Shown here: in pieces, positions 1 to 9,346 of the stretch | Layout: each line of letters starts with the position of its first letter | Position numbering within the stretch: position 1 is the stretch's first letter | Assembly: GCA_963781065.1 (NCBI GenBank) | Contig: CAWAET010000017.1 | Coordinates: forward strand, 90,805-154,804 | Length of the DNA stretch: 64,000 nt | Reading direction: 5' to 3' | Source: Thermoanaerobaculia bacterium | GTDB lineage: Bacteria > Acidobacteriota > Thermoanaerobaculia > Multivoradales > JAHEKO01 | Notes under the pieces: generated by a model | Database searches by the model: none | What the model was told of the DNA's origin: nothing | Seen by the model: only the letters and a program-made list of their open reading frames with translations | Position numbers and translations under genes: made by a program

Positions 1-1
1 C

Positions 2-433
2 GGCAGCAAGGCGGGCATTCTGGGCCGCGAGGTCGGCGGCACTCGGCGCCCGTTCACGCTCGAGCGGGCCCAGCGCGGCGAGCACCTGGAAGTCATCATG
101 AAGGGCCGCGAGGTGTACAAGGAGGCGGTGCACCGGATGACGGCGGCGGCGAAACAGGTACTCGAGACGAGCGGCGTCAGCGCCGCCGACCTGGCGCTGG
201 TGGTGCCCCACCAGGCCAACCTGCGCATCATCAACTCGGTGCGCAAGGCCCTCCATCTGCCCGAGGAGAAGTTCTACGTCAACGTCCGGGAGTACGGCAA
301 CACGGGCTCGGCCTCGGTGCCGCTGGCGTTGTGGGAGGCGAGGAACAAGGGCTTGTGCAAACCGGGCGACCTGGTGCTCCTGACGGCCTTCGGCGCCGGC
401 TTCCACTGGGCCGCGATGTTGCTGCGGATGTAG
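2..433 (+). CDS. fabH: 3-oxoacyl-ACP synthase III (FabH), C-terminal part; 5' end lies outside the window
   Basis: The frame is open from the first base. The translation ends ...VPHQANLRIINSVRKAL...NTGSASVPLALWEA...GAGFHWAAMLLRM, which matches the conserved FabH C-terminus including the catalytic His-Asn region. Confidence 0.8.
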   Translation, partial: GSKAGILGREVGGTRRPFTLERAQRGEHLEVIMKGREVYKEAVHRMTAAAKQVLETSGVSAADLALVVPHQANLRIINSVRKALHLPEEKFYVNVREYGNTGSASVPLALWEARNKGLCKPGDLVLLTAFGAGFHWAAMLLRM

Positions 434-514
434 GACCGTACGACACCCGGTCGCCACATCCGGTCGTTATACTCACCGACCTCGCCGCCCTCGCCGCCGG
501 CAGGGGCCCCTCCA

Positions 515-856
515 ATGACCGAGCACAGATCTTCGAGCACCATGACAGAGGCAGCCCCTCCCGCCGCGACCCGGAGGCCGGAGCGCCGCCGCTACCCGCG
601 GCGCGGCATCCGCGACATGCCGCTGGTGCAGCCGGTCCTCGGCGAGGTCGTCGACATGTCGGCCGGCGGCGTCGCCGTGCTCACCTGGGACGCGCTGCCG
701 GTGCACAAGGAGCTCTTCCTCTCCTTCGGCCCGCCCGGACAGCGGGTCCGCGTGCGTGCCCGGGTGATGTGGTGCCGGCTGCGCGCCACCGAGCCCGGGG
801 TCGACTGGACCCCCAAGTACCGGGCGGGAATCGAGTTCCTGGAGTTCCCCGCGTGA
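515..856 (+). CDS. PilZ domain protein (c-di-GMP-binding type)
   Basis: 113-aa ORF with an RRYPRR...DMSAGGVAV arrangement typical of PilZ (RxxxR / DxSxxG). The start is uncertain; the internal Met at 542 is also possible. Confidence 0.55.
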   Translation: MTEHRSSSTMTEAAPPAATRRPERRRYPRRGIRDMPLVQPVLGEVVDMSAGGVAVLTWDALPVHKELFLSFGPPGQRVRVRARVMWCRLRATEPGVDWTPKYRAGIEFLEFPA

Positions 857-878
857 GCGCCGCCGGCTGGGGAGCCGG

Positions 879-1364
879 GTGAAGACCCTCCTGGTCCTGC
901 GTCACGGCAAGTCGAGCTGGGCCGACCCCGAGCTCGACGACCACGACCGGCCGCTCAAGAAGCGCGGCCGGCGCGGCGCCGTGAGCATCGGTGAGCAGCT
1001 GCGAGACGCGGGCCTGGCGCCCGATCTGGTGCTCAGCTCGACGGCCAGTCGGGCCGAGGCCACCGCCCGCGGGTGTCTCGCGGCAAGCGGCGCGGCAGCC
1101 CGGCTGGAGCCCACCCGGACGCTCTACGGCAGCGGCGCCGGGCGGCACATCGAGGAGATCGGCCGCCGAGCCCGGGACAAAGACGACATCGTCATGATCG
1201 TCGGCCACAACCCCGACCTCGAGGATCTGGTGAATCTGCTCGCCGGTGAGCCGGTGATCCTCAAGACCGCCTATCTCGCCGTCATCGTCCTCGACATCGC
1301 GAGCTGGGCCGACCTCGCCCGGGCGCGAGGCCGGCTCGACCGCCTGCTGCGGCCGCAGGTCTAG
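879..1364 (+). CDS. Histidine phosphatase family protein (SixA-like phosphohistidine phosphatase)
   Basis: GTG start. LVLRHGKS...DHDRPL..RG...IVGHNPDLEDL matches the RHG histidine phosphatase signature of SixA-like proteins. Confidence 0.7.
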   Translation: MKTLLVLRHGKSSWADPELDDHDRPLKKRGRRGAVSIGEQLRDAGLAPDLVLSSTASRAEATARGCLAASGAAARLEPTRTLYGSGAGRHIEEIGRRARDKDDIVMIVGHNPDLEDLVNLLAGEPVILKTAYLAVIVLDIASWADLARARGRLDRLLRPQV

Positions 1365-1370
1365 CCTCCC

Positions 1371-2273
1371 CTACTTCTTCTTCAGCACGATGTTGCCGCT
1401 GAAGGTCTCGAGCGACACCTCGGCGCCGCCCGAGCCGGTGGTGAACTCGGCGGTCAGGCCGGGCTCGTAGCGGTCAGAGCGCCGGGCCGGCGGCCCGAAG
1501 TCGCTGTCGATCCCGCCGCTGAAGCTGCTGAGCTCGAAGCTGGCGCTGACATCGGCCGGCAACAGCACCTCGACGTTGCCGCTGTGCGATTCGATCTCCA
1601 GGCTACCGCCGGTGCGGGGTTGGCCGTGAAAGCGGACGTCACCGGAGACGCTCTCGATCTCCACGTCGCCCACTGTCCCGGCATCGATCTCGATGTCGCC
1701 GCTGACGGTGCTCGCCTCGATGTCGCCGGAGACCCCGGCGAGCATCACCTTGCCGCTGACCGACTCCGCCGAGATGGAGCCGCTGCCGCCGGTGACGGAC
1801 ACCATGCCGCTGACCGACTCGACCTCGATCTCGCTGCCGGCCCCCGCCGCGGACACCGCGCCGCTCACCGAGGCGGCCTCGATCTCGCCGTTGACGCCGC
1901 GGATCTCGACCGAGGAGCTCACCGCCTCGATCTCCAGCGCGGCGCCCCGCGGCACCTGCACCTCGAGGTCGGCGGCGATCTCGAGGCTCCGCCGTCGGCC
2001 TTTGCCGTCGGGCACGACCACCTCGATCGAAAGATCCCGGGCATCGCCACGGATGTCGAGCTCCTCGACGTCGTCGCCCATGGTGCCGGTCACCCGCACC
2101 TCGGTGCCGTCGGTACCGACGATCGTCAGCGACCCGGCGACCGTCTCGATCGAGATCTTGGCGTCGGCCGCCACCGACCGGGTGGCGTTGACCTGCTGTT
2201 CGGCTGGCGCCGCGGCCGCGGCCGCTACGAGGATCACCAAGGACCAGAGAATCATCTTGCGCATCGTTTCCAT
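1371..2273 (-). CDS. DUF4097-like putative adhesin with signal peptide and repetitive VSG.VE/IE beta-strand repeats
   Basis: N-terminal hydrophobic signal sequence followed by about 14 repeats of (S/A)VSG.(V/I)E. It is last in an operon with an ECF sigma and anti-sigma. Confidence 0.65.
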   Translation of the reverse strand: METMRKMILWSLVILVAAAAAAPAEQQVNATRSVAADAKISIETVAGSLTIVGTDGTEVRVTGTMGDDVEELDIRGDARDLSIEVVVPDGKGRRRSLEIAADLEVQVPRGAALEIEAVSSSVEIRGVNGEIEAASVSGAVSAAGAGSEIEVESVSGMVSVTGGSGSISAESVSGKVMLAGVSGDIEASTVSGDIEIDAGTVGDVEIESVSGDVRFHGQPRTGGSLEIESHSGNVEVLLPADVSASFELSSFSGGIDSDFGPPARRSDRYEPGLTAEFTTGSGGAEVSLETFSGNIVLKKK

Positions 2274-2305
2274 CTCCCTGTTTCAAGTCGTCTCGGAACT
2301 ACCGA

Positions 2306-2833
2306 TCAAACATGGGCCAGCCGCGAGGCCCAGGCGGACTCCCGCCGATAGGCCGCCGCCAGCGCCAGCCGCAGGCGCCGATCGCCGGGGCTGGCTTCGA
2401 GCGCCGCGGCGATCTCGGCCGTCGCCGACTCGAGATCCGCCAGCCCCTTCGCCAGGGCGGCCGCGCCCGCCGCGTCGAGCCGGCCGCCGCGCCGCGCGAT
2501 CACGGTAGCCAGGTCGCGGTGTGCGTGCAGTACGCCGTCCAGCTGCCGCATCCGCGACGCGGCCAACTCGGGGGCCGCCGCCACCGCCGCCGTGACGCCC
2601 GGTCGAAGGGGCAGGGCCGTCGGACCCAGGATAACCGCCGCCAGCAGCCCGCCGGCAGTCACGATGACCGCGGCCGCCAGGCGCCACCAACCGCCGCCGG
2701 CCGCCGCCTCGGGGCGCCGCTCCAGCCGCCCGGCGATTCCGGGCCACAGGTCGCGCCGCGGGCGGAGCTCTCGCGGCAGCTCACCGAGCGCGCTGCTCAG
2801 CCTCGCCCCATCCAGCTCTTTCGGGTGGCTCAT
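2306..2833 (-). CDS. Anti-sigma factor (single transmembrane segment)
   Basis: Start placed at Met73 of the long ORF (MSHPKEL...), preceded by a GGGAGGAG RBS. The ATG overlaps the sigma-factor stop (ATGA). There is one central hydrophobic helix, WWRLAAAVIVTAGGLLAAVILG. Confidence 0.65.
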   Translation of the reverse strand: MSHPKELDGARLSSALGELPRELRPRRDLWPGIAGRLERRPEAAAGGGWWRLAAAVIVTAGGLLAAVILGPTALPLRPGVTAAVAAAPELAASRMRQLDGVLHAHRDLATVIARRGGRLDAAGAAALAKGLADLESATAEIAAALEASPGDRRLRLALAAAYRRESAWASRLAHV

Positions 2834-3369
2834 CTGTTCAACTCCTCCCTCAGTCGGCGGCGCGCCCGGTGCAGATGGGCCTTGCAGGCGCCCACCGACA
2901 GCTCGAGCAGTTGGGCGATCTCGCGATGCTTGTAGCCCTCGACGTCGTGCAGCACGAAGACCGTCCGCGCTCGCGGCGGCAGCTGAGCGATGCCCCGTTC
3001 CAGGTCCAGAGCCCCCGCAGGGTCGGCCGTCGAAGCCGTCGGCGGGCACGCCGGCTGCTCGTCGGTGAAGCGCTCGTGCCAGCGGCGGCGGGCGCGCAGA
3101 GCATCGAGCGCCACATTGACCGCCAGCCGGTGCAGCCAGGTGCCAAAAGCGCTCGTGCCACGGAACGAGGACAGCCTGCGCCAGGCGCGAACAAAGGACT
3201 CCTGGGTCAACTCCTCGGCCAGGCCGGGGTCCGCCACCATCCGCACGGTGACGGCATAGACCCGGCCGACGTGGGCCCGGTAGAGATCCTCGAACGCCTC
3301 GATCTCGCCACCCCGGGCGCGCCGCACCAGATCGGCTTCGCTGTCGGGCGACCCGGCCATCATCGGCAT
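2830..3369 (-). CDS. ECF (sigma-70 family, group IV) RNA polymerase sigma factor
   Basis: Region 2 (EDLYRAHVGRVYAVTVRMV...ELTQESFVRAWR) and region 4 (REIAQLLELSVGACKAHLHRARRRLRE) motifs are present. Start chosen at MPMMAG, giving 179 aa. Confidence 0.8.
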   Translation of the reverse strand: MPMMAGSPDSEADLVRRARGGEIEAFEDLYRAHVGRVYAVTVRMVADPGLAEELTQESFVRAWRRLSSFRGTSAFGTWLHRLAVNVALDALRARRRWHERFTDEQPACPPTASTADPAGALDLERGIAQLPPRARTVFVLHDVEGYKHREIAQLLELSVGACKAHLHRARRRLREELNR

Positions 3370-3518
3370 CCGCGCCGTCAACCCGCCGGTGGCGATGGCG
3401 TAGCTCGCTCTCACGCCCACTTGGACGGCAGTGACGGAGAAAGAGTTTACCCAGCCGTCAGGCGGCGGCGGGCGGGGCGACCCGGAGGCGAAGCCCGGCC
3501 CCGGAGCGTCTACGCTAG

Positions 3519-3700
3519 CCTGGGTTATTCACCACGGCGCGAAGCGAAAGTGCGAAATGTCTGTCAGATCGGGCCGAACCGCAGTGACGAGGGACGCAGG
3601 CGTACTTGCAGTACGTCGAGGACTGAGGAGCGAGGACGGCCCGAGATGGCGGGCAGTTCGCGCTTGCAGCCGTGGCGTGGTGAATAATCCAGGCTAGGCT
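3519..3700. repeat. Long inverted repeat (18-nt arms CCTGGGTTATTCACCACG / CGTGGTGAATAATCCAGG) with a nested perfect palindrome CGTACTTGCAAGTACG
   Basis: Arms at about 3519-3536 and 3683-3700 are reverse complements. The inner palindrome is at about 3600-3616. It lies in the divergent intergenic region between the ECF sigma and the fetAB-like operon. Confidence 0.5.
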
Positions 3701-3712
3701 CGGCCGGTCATC

Positions 3713-4387
3713 ATGCTCGAAGCGCGATCCATCGTCCGCCGCGCCGGCGATCACTGGCTGCTGCGCGATCTCGACCTGGTGGTTTCCGGCGGCGACCGGA
3801 TCGCCCTGTCGGGTCCCTCGGGCGCCGGCAAGACCGTCCTGCTGCGCGCGTTGGCGCTGCTCGACCCGCTCGACGGCGGCGAGATCCGGCTCGGCGGCCG
3901 GCCCGTCGCGGCCGCCGAGGTGCCCGCCTTTCGCTGCCGGGTCGGCTACCTGCACCAGACCCCGGCGCTGGCCGCCGGCACCGTCGAGGCCAATCTGCGG
4001 CGGCCGTTCGCGCTCGCCGCCCACCAGGGGCAGAGCTACGACCGGGCGCGAGCCGCCGGCCTGCTGCGCCGGCTGGGCAAGGATGAGGGGTTCCTCGGCC
4101 GTCGCCGCGGCGAGCTCTCCGGCGGCGAAGCCCAGATCACCGCGCTGGTGCGGCTGCTGCAGCTCGCGCCCTCGATCCTGCTGCTCGACGAGCCCACCGC
4201 GGCGCTCGACCCCGACTCGGCCGAGCTCGCCCGCACGCTGCTCGACGAGTGGCAGGCCGGCGACGGCGGCAGCCGCGCTTACCTCTGGGTGACCCACGAC
4301 GCCGATCTCGGCCGGCGGGTCGCCGACCGCCACCTGCGGCTCGCGGAGGGCCGGCTCGAAGATCGCCGCCGCGAGGAACCGACATGA
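3713..4387 (+). CDS. ABC transporter ATP-binding protein (FetA/YbbL-like putative iron exporter)
   Basis: Walker A GPSGAGKT, signature LSGGE, Walker B LLLDEPTAALD. 224 aa with no fused transmembrane domain. The stop overlaps the downstream permease start. Confidence 0.8.
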   Translation: MLEARSIVRRAGDHWLLRDLDLVVSGGDRIALSGPSGAGKTVLLRALALLDPLDGGEIRLGGRPVAAAEVPAFRCRVGYLHQTPALAAGTVEANLRRPFALAAHQGQSYDRARAAGLLRRLGKDEGFLGRRRGELSGGEAQITALVRLLQLAPSILLLDEPTAALDPDSAELARTLLDEWQAGDGGSRAYLWVTHDADLGRRVADRHLRLAEGRLEDRRREEPT

Positions 4388-5190
4388 GCACTGAATACCT
4401 GGAGCTGTCCTACTTCCAGGTCGGCGGCGCGGCGCTGCTGATCCTGATCAACGCCGCTATCTCACTGGCACTCAGGCTCGGTCTCGAGCGCCGGCTGCTG
4501 ATCGCGGCGCTGCGAACCACGGTGCAGCTGCTGCTGGTCGGGCTGGTGCTCGACTGGGTCTTCGGACTCAGCCGCTGGTACCTGGTGCTGGCGCTGATGG
4601 TCTGGATGAGCGTCGCCGCCGGGGTGGCGGCGGTGCGCCGCACGCCGCTGCGCTACCCGGGCATCTGGGTCGACAGCATCGTCTCGGTTTGGGCCAGCTC
4701 GTGGGTGATCACGGCGGCGGCGCTGTTCGGCGTCGTCGACGTCGAGCCCTGGTTCCGGCCCCAGTACGCGATTCCCTTTCTCGGCATGATCCTGGGCAAC
4801 GCGCTCAACGGCGTCTCGCTCGGGCTGGACCGGCTGGGCCAGGAGCTGCACACCCGACGGTTCGAGGTCGAGGGACTGCTGGCCCTCGGCGGCACCCGCT
4901 GGGAGGCGGCGCGCGGGCCGGTCGCCGCGGCGGTGCGCACCGGCATGATCCCGATCCTCAACTCGATGATGATCGTCGGCATCGTCAGCCTGCCCGGCAT
5001 GATGACCGGTCAGCTGCTGGCCGGCGTGGCACCGGCGCAGGCGGTGCGCTACCAGGTCGTGATCATGTTCCTGATCGCTTCGGCCACCGCGCTGGGCACG
5101 CTGGGAGTGGTGCTGCTGAGCTACCGCCGGCTGTTCACACCGGCCCACCAGTTCCGGCACGGTCTGCTGGCGGACCGGACCGGCGAGTGA
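4384..5190 (+). CDS. ABC permease of the UPF0014 / FetB (YbbM) family
   Basis: Start at MSTEYLELSYFQV (Met46 of the ORF), giving an ATGA overlap with the ATPase stop. A polytopic membrane protein of about 268 aa, typical of FetB. Confidence 0.75.
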   Translation: MSTEYLELSYFQVGGAALLILINAAISLALRLGLERRLLIAALRTTVQLLLVGLVLDWVFGLSRWYLVLALMVWMSVAAGVAAVRRTPLRYPGIWVDSIVSVWASSWVITAAALFGVVDVEPWFRPQYAIPFLGMILGNALNGVSLGLDRLGQELHTRRFEVEGLLALGGTRWEAARGPVAAAVRTGMIPILNSMMIVGIVSLPGMMTGQLLAGVAPAQAVRYQVVIMFLIASATALGTLGVVLLSYRRLFTPAHQFRHGLLADRTGE

Positions 5191-7545
5191 TGGCGCGGCG
5201 CTCCGGCGAACGCCCAACGCGGCCGCCTCTACTCGGTTGGCGACGCTGGCTCTTCCCGGCGATCGCCGCGACGCTGGCGCCGGCCCTGTTTCTGGGTCTG
5301 CTCGAGCTCGGCCTGCGCGCCGCCGGATGGGGCCACCCGGCTGGCTTCTTCGTGCCGGCTTCCGGACAGCCGGCCGAGATGACCAACCCCCGGTTCGGCT
5401 GGCGGTTCTTCCCGCCGGCGATCGCCCGCGGCCCGGTGGTCGGCCGGCTGGCGCGGCCCAAGCCGGCCGGTAGCTACCGGATCTTCGTTCTCGGCGGCTC
5501 GGCGGCGATGGGCACCCCCGAGCCGGCATTCTCCTTCGGCCGGGTGCTCGAGGTGATGCTCGAGCAGCGCTACCCGGGCAGCCGGTTCGAGGTCGTCAAC
5601 ACCGCGATGGCGGCGATCAACTCGCACGTCGTGGTGGAGATCGCCCGCGACTGCGCTCGCCGCCGGCCCGATCTTCTCGCCGTCTACCTGGGCAACAACG
5701 AGGTGGTCGGGCCGTACGGGCCGGGCACGGTCTTCGACCGCGGCCGGCGCCGACCTGGGCGCCATCCGCCTCGGGCTGCGGCTGCGCCGGCTGCGCACCG
5801 GTCAGCTGATCGCCCGCGGCCTGGCCGCAGGGCGCCGGCCGGCGACCGCGCCGGCGCAATGGCGCGGCATGGAGATGTTCCTCGACCGCCAGGTGGCGGC
5901 AAGCGACCCCCGTCTGGATCGCACCTACCGGCAGTTCGGCGACAACCTGATGGCGATCGCCCGGCTGGCGCAACGCTCCGGCGCGCCGCTGCTGCTGTCG
6001 ACGGTCGCCGTGGATCTGCGCGACACGCCGCCGTTCGCCTCGCTGCATCGGGACGGACTGGGCGAGGCGGAGCTCGAGCGCTGGCGGACCGCCAGCGAGC
6101 GCGGCAACCGGCTGGCTGCCGAGGGCCGTGCCGAGGAGGCGCTGGAAGAGCTCGCCGCGGCGCTCGCGATCGACGACCGTCACGCCGGGCTGCGCTATCG
6201 AATCGGCCGTCTCGAGCTGCTGGCCGGGGCCGCAGCGGAGGCCCGGCGCCATCTGTCGCAAGCCCGCGACCTGGACGCCCTGCGCTTCCGCGCCGACACC
6301 GGTATCAACGACACCGTCCGCCGGATCTCCGCAACCGCGCCCGGGACGGTCCGGCTGGTGGATGCCGAACGGCTGCTTGCGGCGGCCCCGGAGAGCCGCT
6401 TCGGGCTGCCCGGCAGCGAGCTGTTCTGGGAGCACGTGCATCTCCGGTTCCCCGGCAACTACCGGCTGGCCGAGGCGTTCCTCGAGCAACTCGAGCCGCT
6501 GCTGCCGGCCGAGATCCGCGACGGCGCCGCCACCGGGCCGCCCGCCTCCCTCGAGCGGGTCGCCGATCGTCTCGCCCTGACCGCCCGCGAGCGCTGGCAA
6601 ATGGCCGCCTCGATCCACCAGATGATCCGCCGGCCGCCGTTCACCGGCCAGCTCGGCCACGAACCACGGCGGCAGGCCTCGAAGCGAGAGGCGCTGCGGC
6701 TGCGCGAGAGGGCCCGGGCCGCCCGTGACGCCGACCTCGCCGCCTATCGCCGGGCGCTCGCCCGGCGCCCGGAAGACCTGCCGCTGCTCGAGCTGTACGC
6801 CCGGGCGCTCGACGCTCAAGGCGCCCCGGAGGAGGCCGTGGCCGCCTGGCGCGAGCTCGTCAGCCGGCTGCCCGAGGTCGCGCCCTGGCGCAACCGGCTC
6901 GGCTTTGCGCTGGCCGAGGCCGGCGACGCCGGCGCCGCGGCCGCCGAGCTGCGCCGCGCCCTCGAGCTTTGGCCGGGGTCCGCCGAGCCGCGGGTCAACC
7001 TGGCCACGGTGCTGGAGCAAGCCGGCGATCGGCAGCAAGCGGAACGGCTCTACCGCGAGGCGACCGCCATCGACCCGGCCGGCGCAGCCGCGCGCGCCAA
7101 CCTGGCCGATCTGCTCGACCGGGAAGGCCGCCGCGACGAGGCCGAGCGGCAGCTGCGCGAGCTGATCGAGCTCGACCCGGGCTCGGCGACGGCCCACCGG
7201 CGGCTCGGCGAGCTGCAGGACCGCCACGGTGAGGCGGCGGCGGCCGAGGCCTCCTACCGCCGGGCGCTCGAGCTCGACGACGAGCTCGCCCCGGTGCACA
7301 ACAACCTGGGCTACCTGCTGGCGGCAGCCGGACGGTTCGACGAAGCGGCGCGACAGTACCTCGCGGCGATCGACGACGACCCGGCCGGCGCCCTCGCCTA
7401 CTTCAACCTGGCCGACCTGCTGCTCGGCCTGGGCCGGGCAACCGAAGCCGCCGAGGCCTACCGGGCCGGGCTGGCGCTCGAGCCGGGCAACGAACAGGCG
7501 CACGCCAACCTGGAGCAGGCCGAACGGCTGGCGGCGGCGCGCTGA
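5190..7545 (+). CDS. SGNH/GDSL-hydrolase-like N-terminal domain fused to a long TPR-repeat domain; apparent +1 frameshift near 5735-5745
   Basis: Frame 0 (from ATG 5190, overlapping the fetB stop) reads IFVLGGSAAMGTPE ... YLGNNEVVGPYGPGTVF and then decays. Frame +1 continues sensibly (GADLGAIRLGLRLRRL...MEMFLDRQ...) into about 8 TPR repeats (AEGRAEEALEEL..., ALELWPGSAEPRVNLATVL...) ending at 7545. Confidence 0.6.
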
Positions 7546-7559
7546 GCCCCGGCGGCCCG

Positions 7560-7700
7560 GGGGGGCGGAGGCGTAGCCCGGCCCCCATTGCGCAATCGGA
7601 GGGCGTAGCCGGAGTGGGCGTCCCGCGAGGAGCGAAGCATAAACATACAGAGCGAAGCGACCGCGGGGCGACCCGGAGGCGTAGCCCGTGGCCGCTAGTG
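7560..7700. repeat. GC-rich repeated intergenic motif (GGAGGCG[T/A]AGCCCGGCCCC, three copies) plus a GCGAAGC...GCGAAGCGA box; a related copy lies at 3466-3560
   Basis: 7571-7597, 7603-7618 and 7661-7685 share GGAGGCGTAGCC. The 3466-3495 element GCGGGGCGACCCGGAGGCGAAGCCC is nearly identical to 7655-7685. Both loci also carry a downstream GCGAAGC-A-rich-GCGAA box. Confidence 0.45.
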
Positions 7701-7788
7701 GGCCATCCGCCGCCCGAGGCTGGAGCAGCAGTTTGCGTTAGACTCAGGGTCTCCCAAACCACACCTCTTGTCCGAGGAGGACCGACGA

Positions 7789-9231
7789 ATGTCCTTGAGA
7801 CGATCGCTCGTAGCCGCTGCCATCGCGCTGCTAACCCTCGCCGCCGTCCCGGCTTCGGCGGCCGAGGCGGAATCCGCCCCCGCGCTGCTCCTGATCCTCG
7901 ACGCCTCGGGCTCGATGTGGGGCCAGATCGAGGGCGAGAACAAGATCGTCATCGCCCGGCGGGTCCTGGGCGAGCTGGTCGACGGCCTCGACGCAGGCGC
8001 CGACGTCGGTGTGGTCGCCTACGGCCATCGCCGCGAGGGCGACTGTGACGACATCGAGACCGTGGTGCCGATCGGGCCGCTCGACAAGGCGGCGGTCAAG
8101 GCGACTGTCGACGGGCTCAACCCCAAGGGCAAGACGCCGCTGACCCGCTCGGTCCAGCAGGCGTTCGAGAGCCTGAAGGACCGCCCCGGCGGCGCCAGCA
8201 TCATCCTGATCAGCGACGGGCTGGACACCTGCGGCGGCGATCCCTGCGGCGCGGTGCGGGCGGCCAAGCAGATGGGGCTCGATTTCCGCCTGCACGTGGT
8301 CGGTTTCGACGTCGCCGGCGAGGACGTCTCGCAGCTCGAGTGCGCGGCGCAGGCGGGCGAGGGGCTGTTCCTGAGCGCCGAGAACGCCGCCGAGCTCTCC
8401 GCCGCCCTCGATCAGGCGGTGGCGATGGCGCCCGAGGTGCCGCCCGGACGGCTGTCGCTGAAGGCGATCGCCGACGGCGGCCTGCAGGATGCGGCGGTAT
8501 TCGTCACCGACGCCGCAACCGGTGAAGAGCTGGGCGGCGGCCGCACCTACGCCACGCCCGACACCAACCCGCGGCTCATCCCGCTGCCCGACGGCAAGTT
8601 CGACGTCCGGGTGCAGGCGGTCGGCTTCCAGGGCGACATCAGCCGCACCTTCACCATCGAGATCGTCGACGGCGGCCTGGTCGAGCGGGTGGCCGACTTC
8701 TCCACCGGCGAGCTGACCATCAGCGTGAGCCGCAACGGCGAGCTCTCGGACGCGGTCTACAAGGTCAAGCTGCCGGGCGGCGGCGCCGAAGTCGCGACCG
8801 GCCGTACCTACGCCAACGAGAGGTCGAACCCGGCCAAGGTCCGGATCACCTCCGGCACCTACGAGGTCGCGGTCGGCTCGGTGGAGATCAGCGGCAACCC
8901 CTGGGTCGAGCTGGGCACGGTCGAGATCGAGCCCGGAGGCTCCGCCGCGCTCGCGCACGCCTGGGAGTCGGGCACGCTCGAGGTGGGCGCCGCCCGCGAC
9001 GGCGAGCTGGTCGACGCCACCCTCAACCTGGTCGACGCCGCGACCGGCAAGTCGGTGGGCCAGGGACGCACCTACACCAGCGAGACGTCGAACCCCAAGA
9101 GCTTCATCCTGCTGCCCGGCGACTACCGGGTCACGGTCCAGGAGATCCGCGGCGGCAGGCGCACGATCGAGGTCTCGCTGGCCGCCGGTGAGACGGTCGA
9201 GCGGATGGTGGACCCGGCGGCCGGGGGCTGA
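7789..9231 (+). CDS. Secreted von Willebrand factor A (VWA) domain protein with three C-terminal beta-rich repeat domains
   Basis: ATG at 7789 preceded by GAGGAGGA. Signal peptide AAAIALLTLAAVPASA. VWA MIDAS motif LLLILDASGSMWG...; thrice-repeated GRTY(A/T)...SNP... module. Confidence 0.8.
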   Translation: MSLRRSLVAAAIALLTLAAVPASAAEAESAPALLLILDASGSMWGQIEGENKIVIARRVLGELVDGLDAGADVGVVAYGHRREGDCDDIETVVPIGPLDKAAVKATVDGLNPKGKTPLTRSVQQAFESLKDRPGGASIILISDGLDTCGGDPCGAVRAAKQMGLDFRLHVVGFDVAGEDVSQLECAAQAGEGLFLSAENAAELSAALDQAVAMAPEVPPGRLSLKAIADGGLQDAAVFVTDAATGEELGGGRTYATPDTNPRLIPLPDGKFDVRVQAVGFQGDISRTFTIEIVDGGLVERVADFSTGELTISVSRNGELSDAVYKVKLPGGGAEVATGRTYANERSNPAKVRITSGTYEVAVGSVEISGNPWVELGTVEIEPGGSAALAHAWESGTLEVGAARDGELVDATLNLVDAATGKSVGQGRTYTSETSNPKSFILLPGDYRVTVQEIRGGRRTIEVSLAAGETVERMVDPAAGG

Positions 9232-9346
9232 GCGGGGCCGCTCACCGGCGGCCCACGCGCCGGTCGCCACAGCGAACGGCGCCGGCCACCGGGTCCCCCG
9301 GGCGCAGCCCGGCGTGACGCCTTCGGCTCCTGATAGCGTCTGCCGC

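Noticed and set aside
5617-7503. 628-aa ORF on the minus strand antisense to the TPR gene
   Set aside because: Arg/Gly/Pro-rich low-complexity translation typical of a wrong-frame ORF in 70% GC DNA. The + strand gene gives conserved TPR and SGNH motifs. The same reasoning applies to the long antisense ORFs at 7831-9270, 9765-11777, 15635-17647, 20809-22680, 22768-24201, 24209-25423 and 40903-42690.
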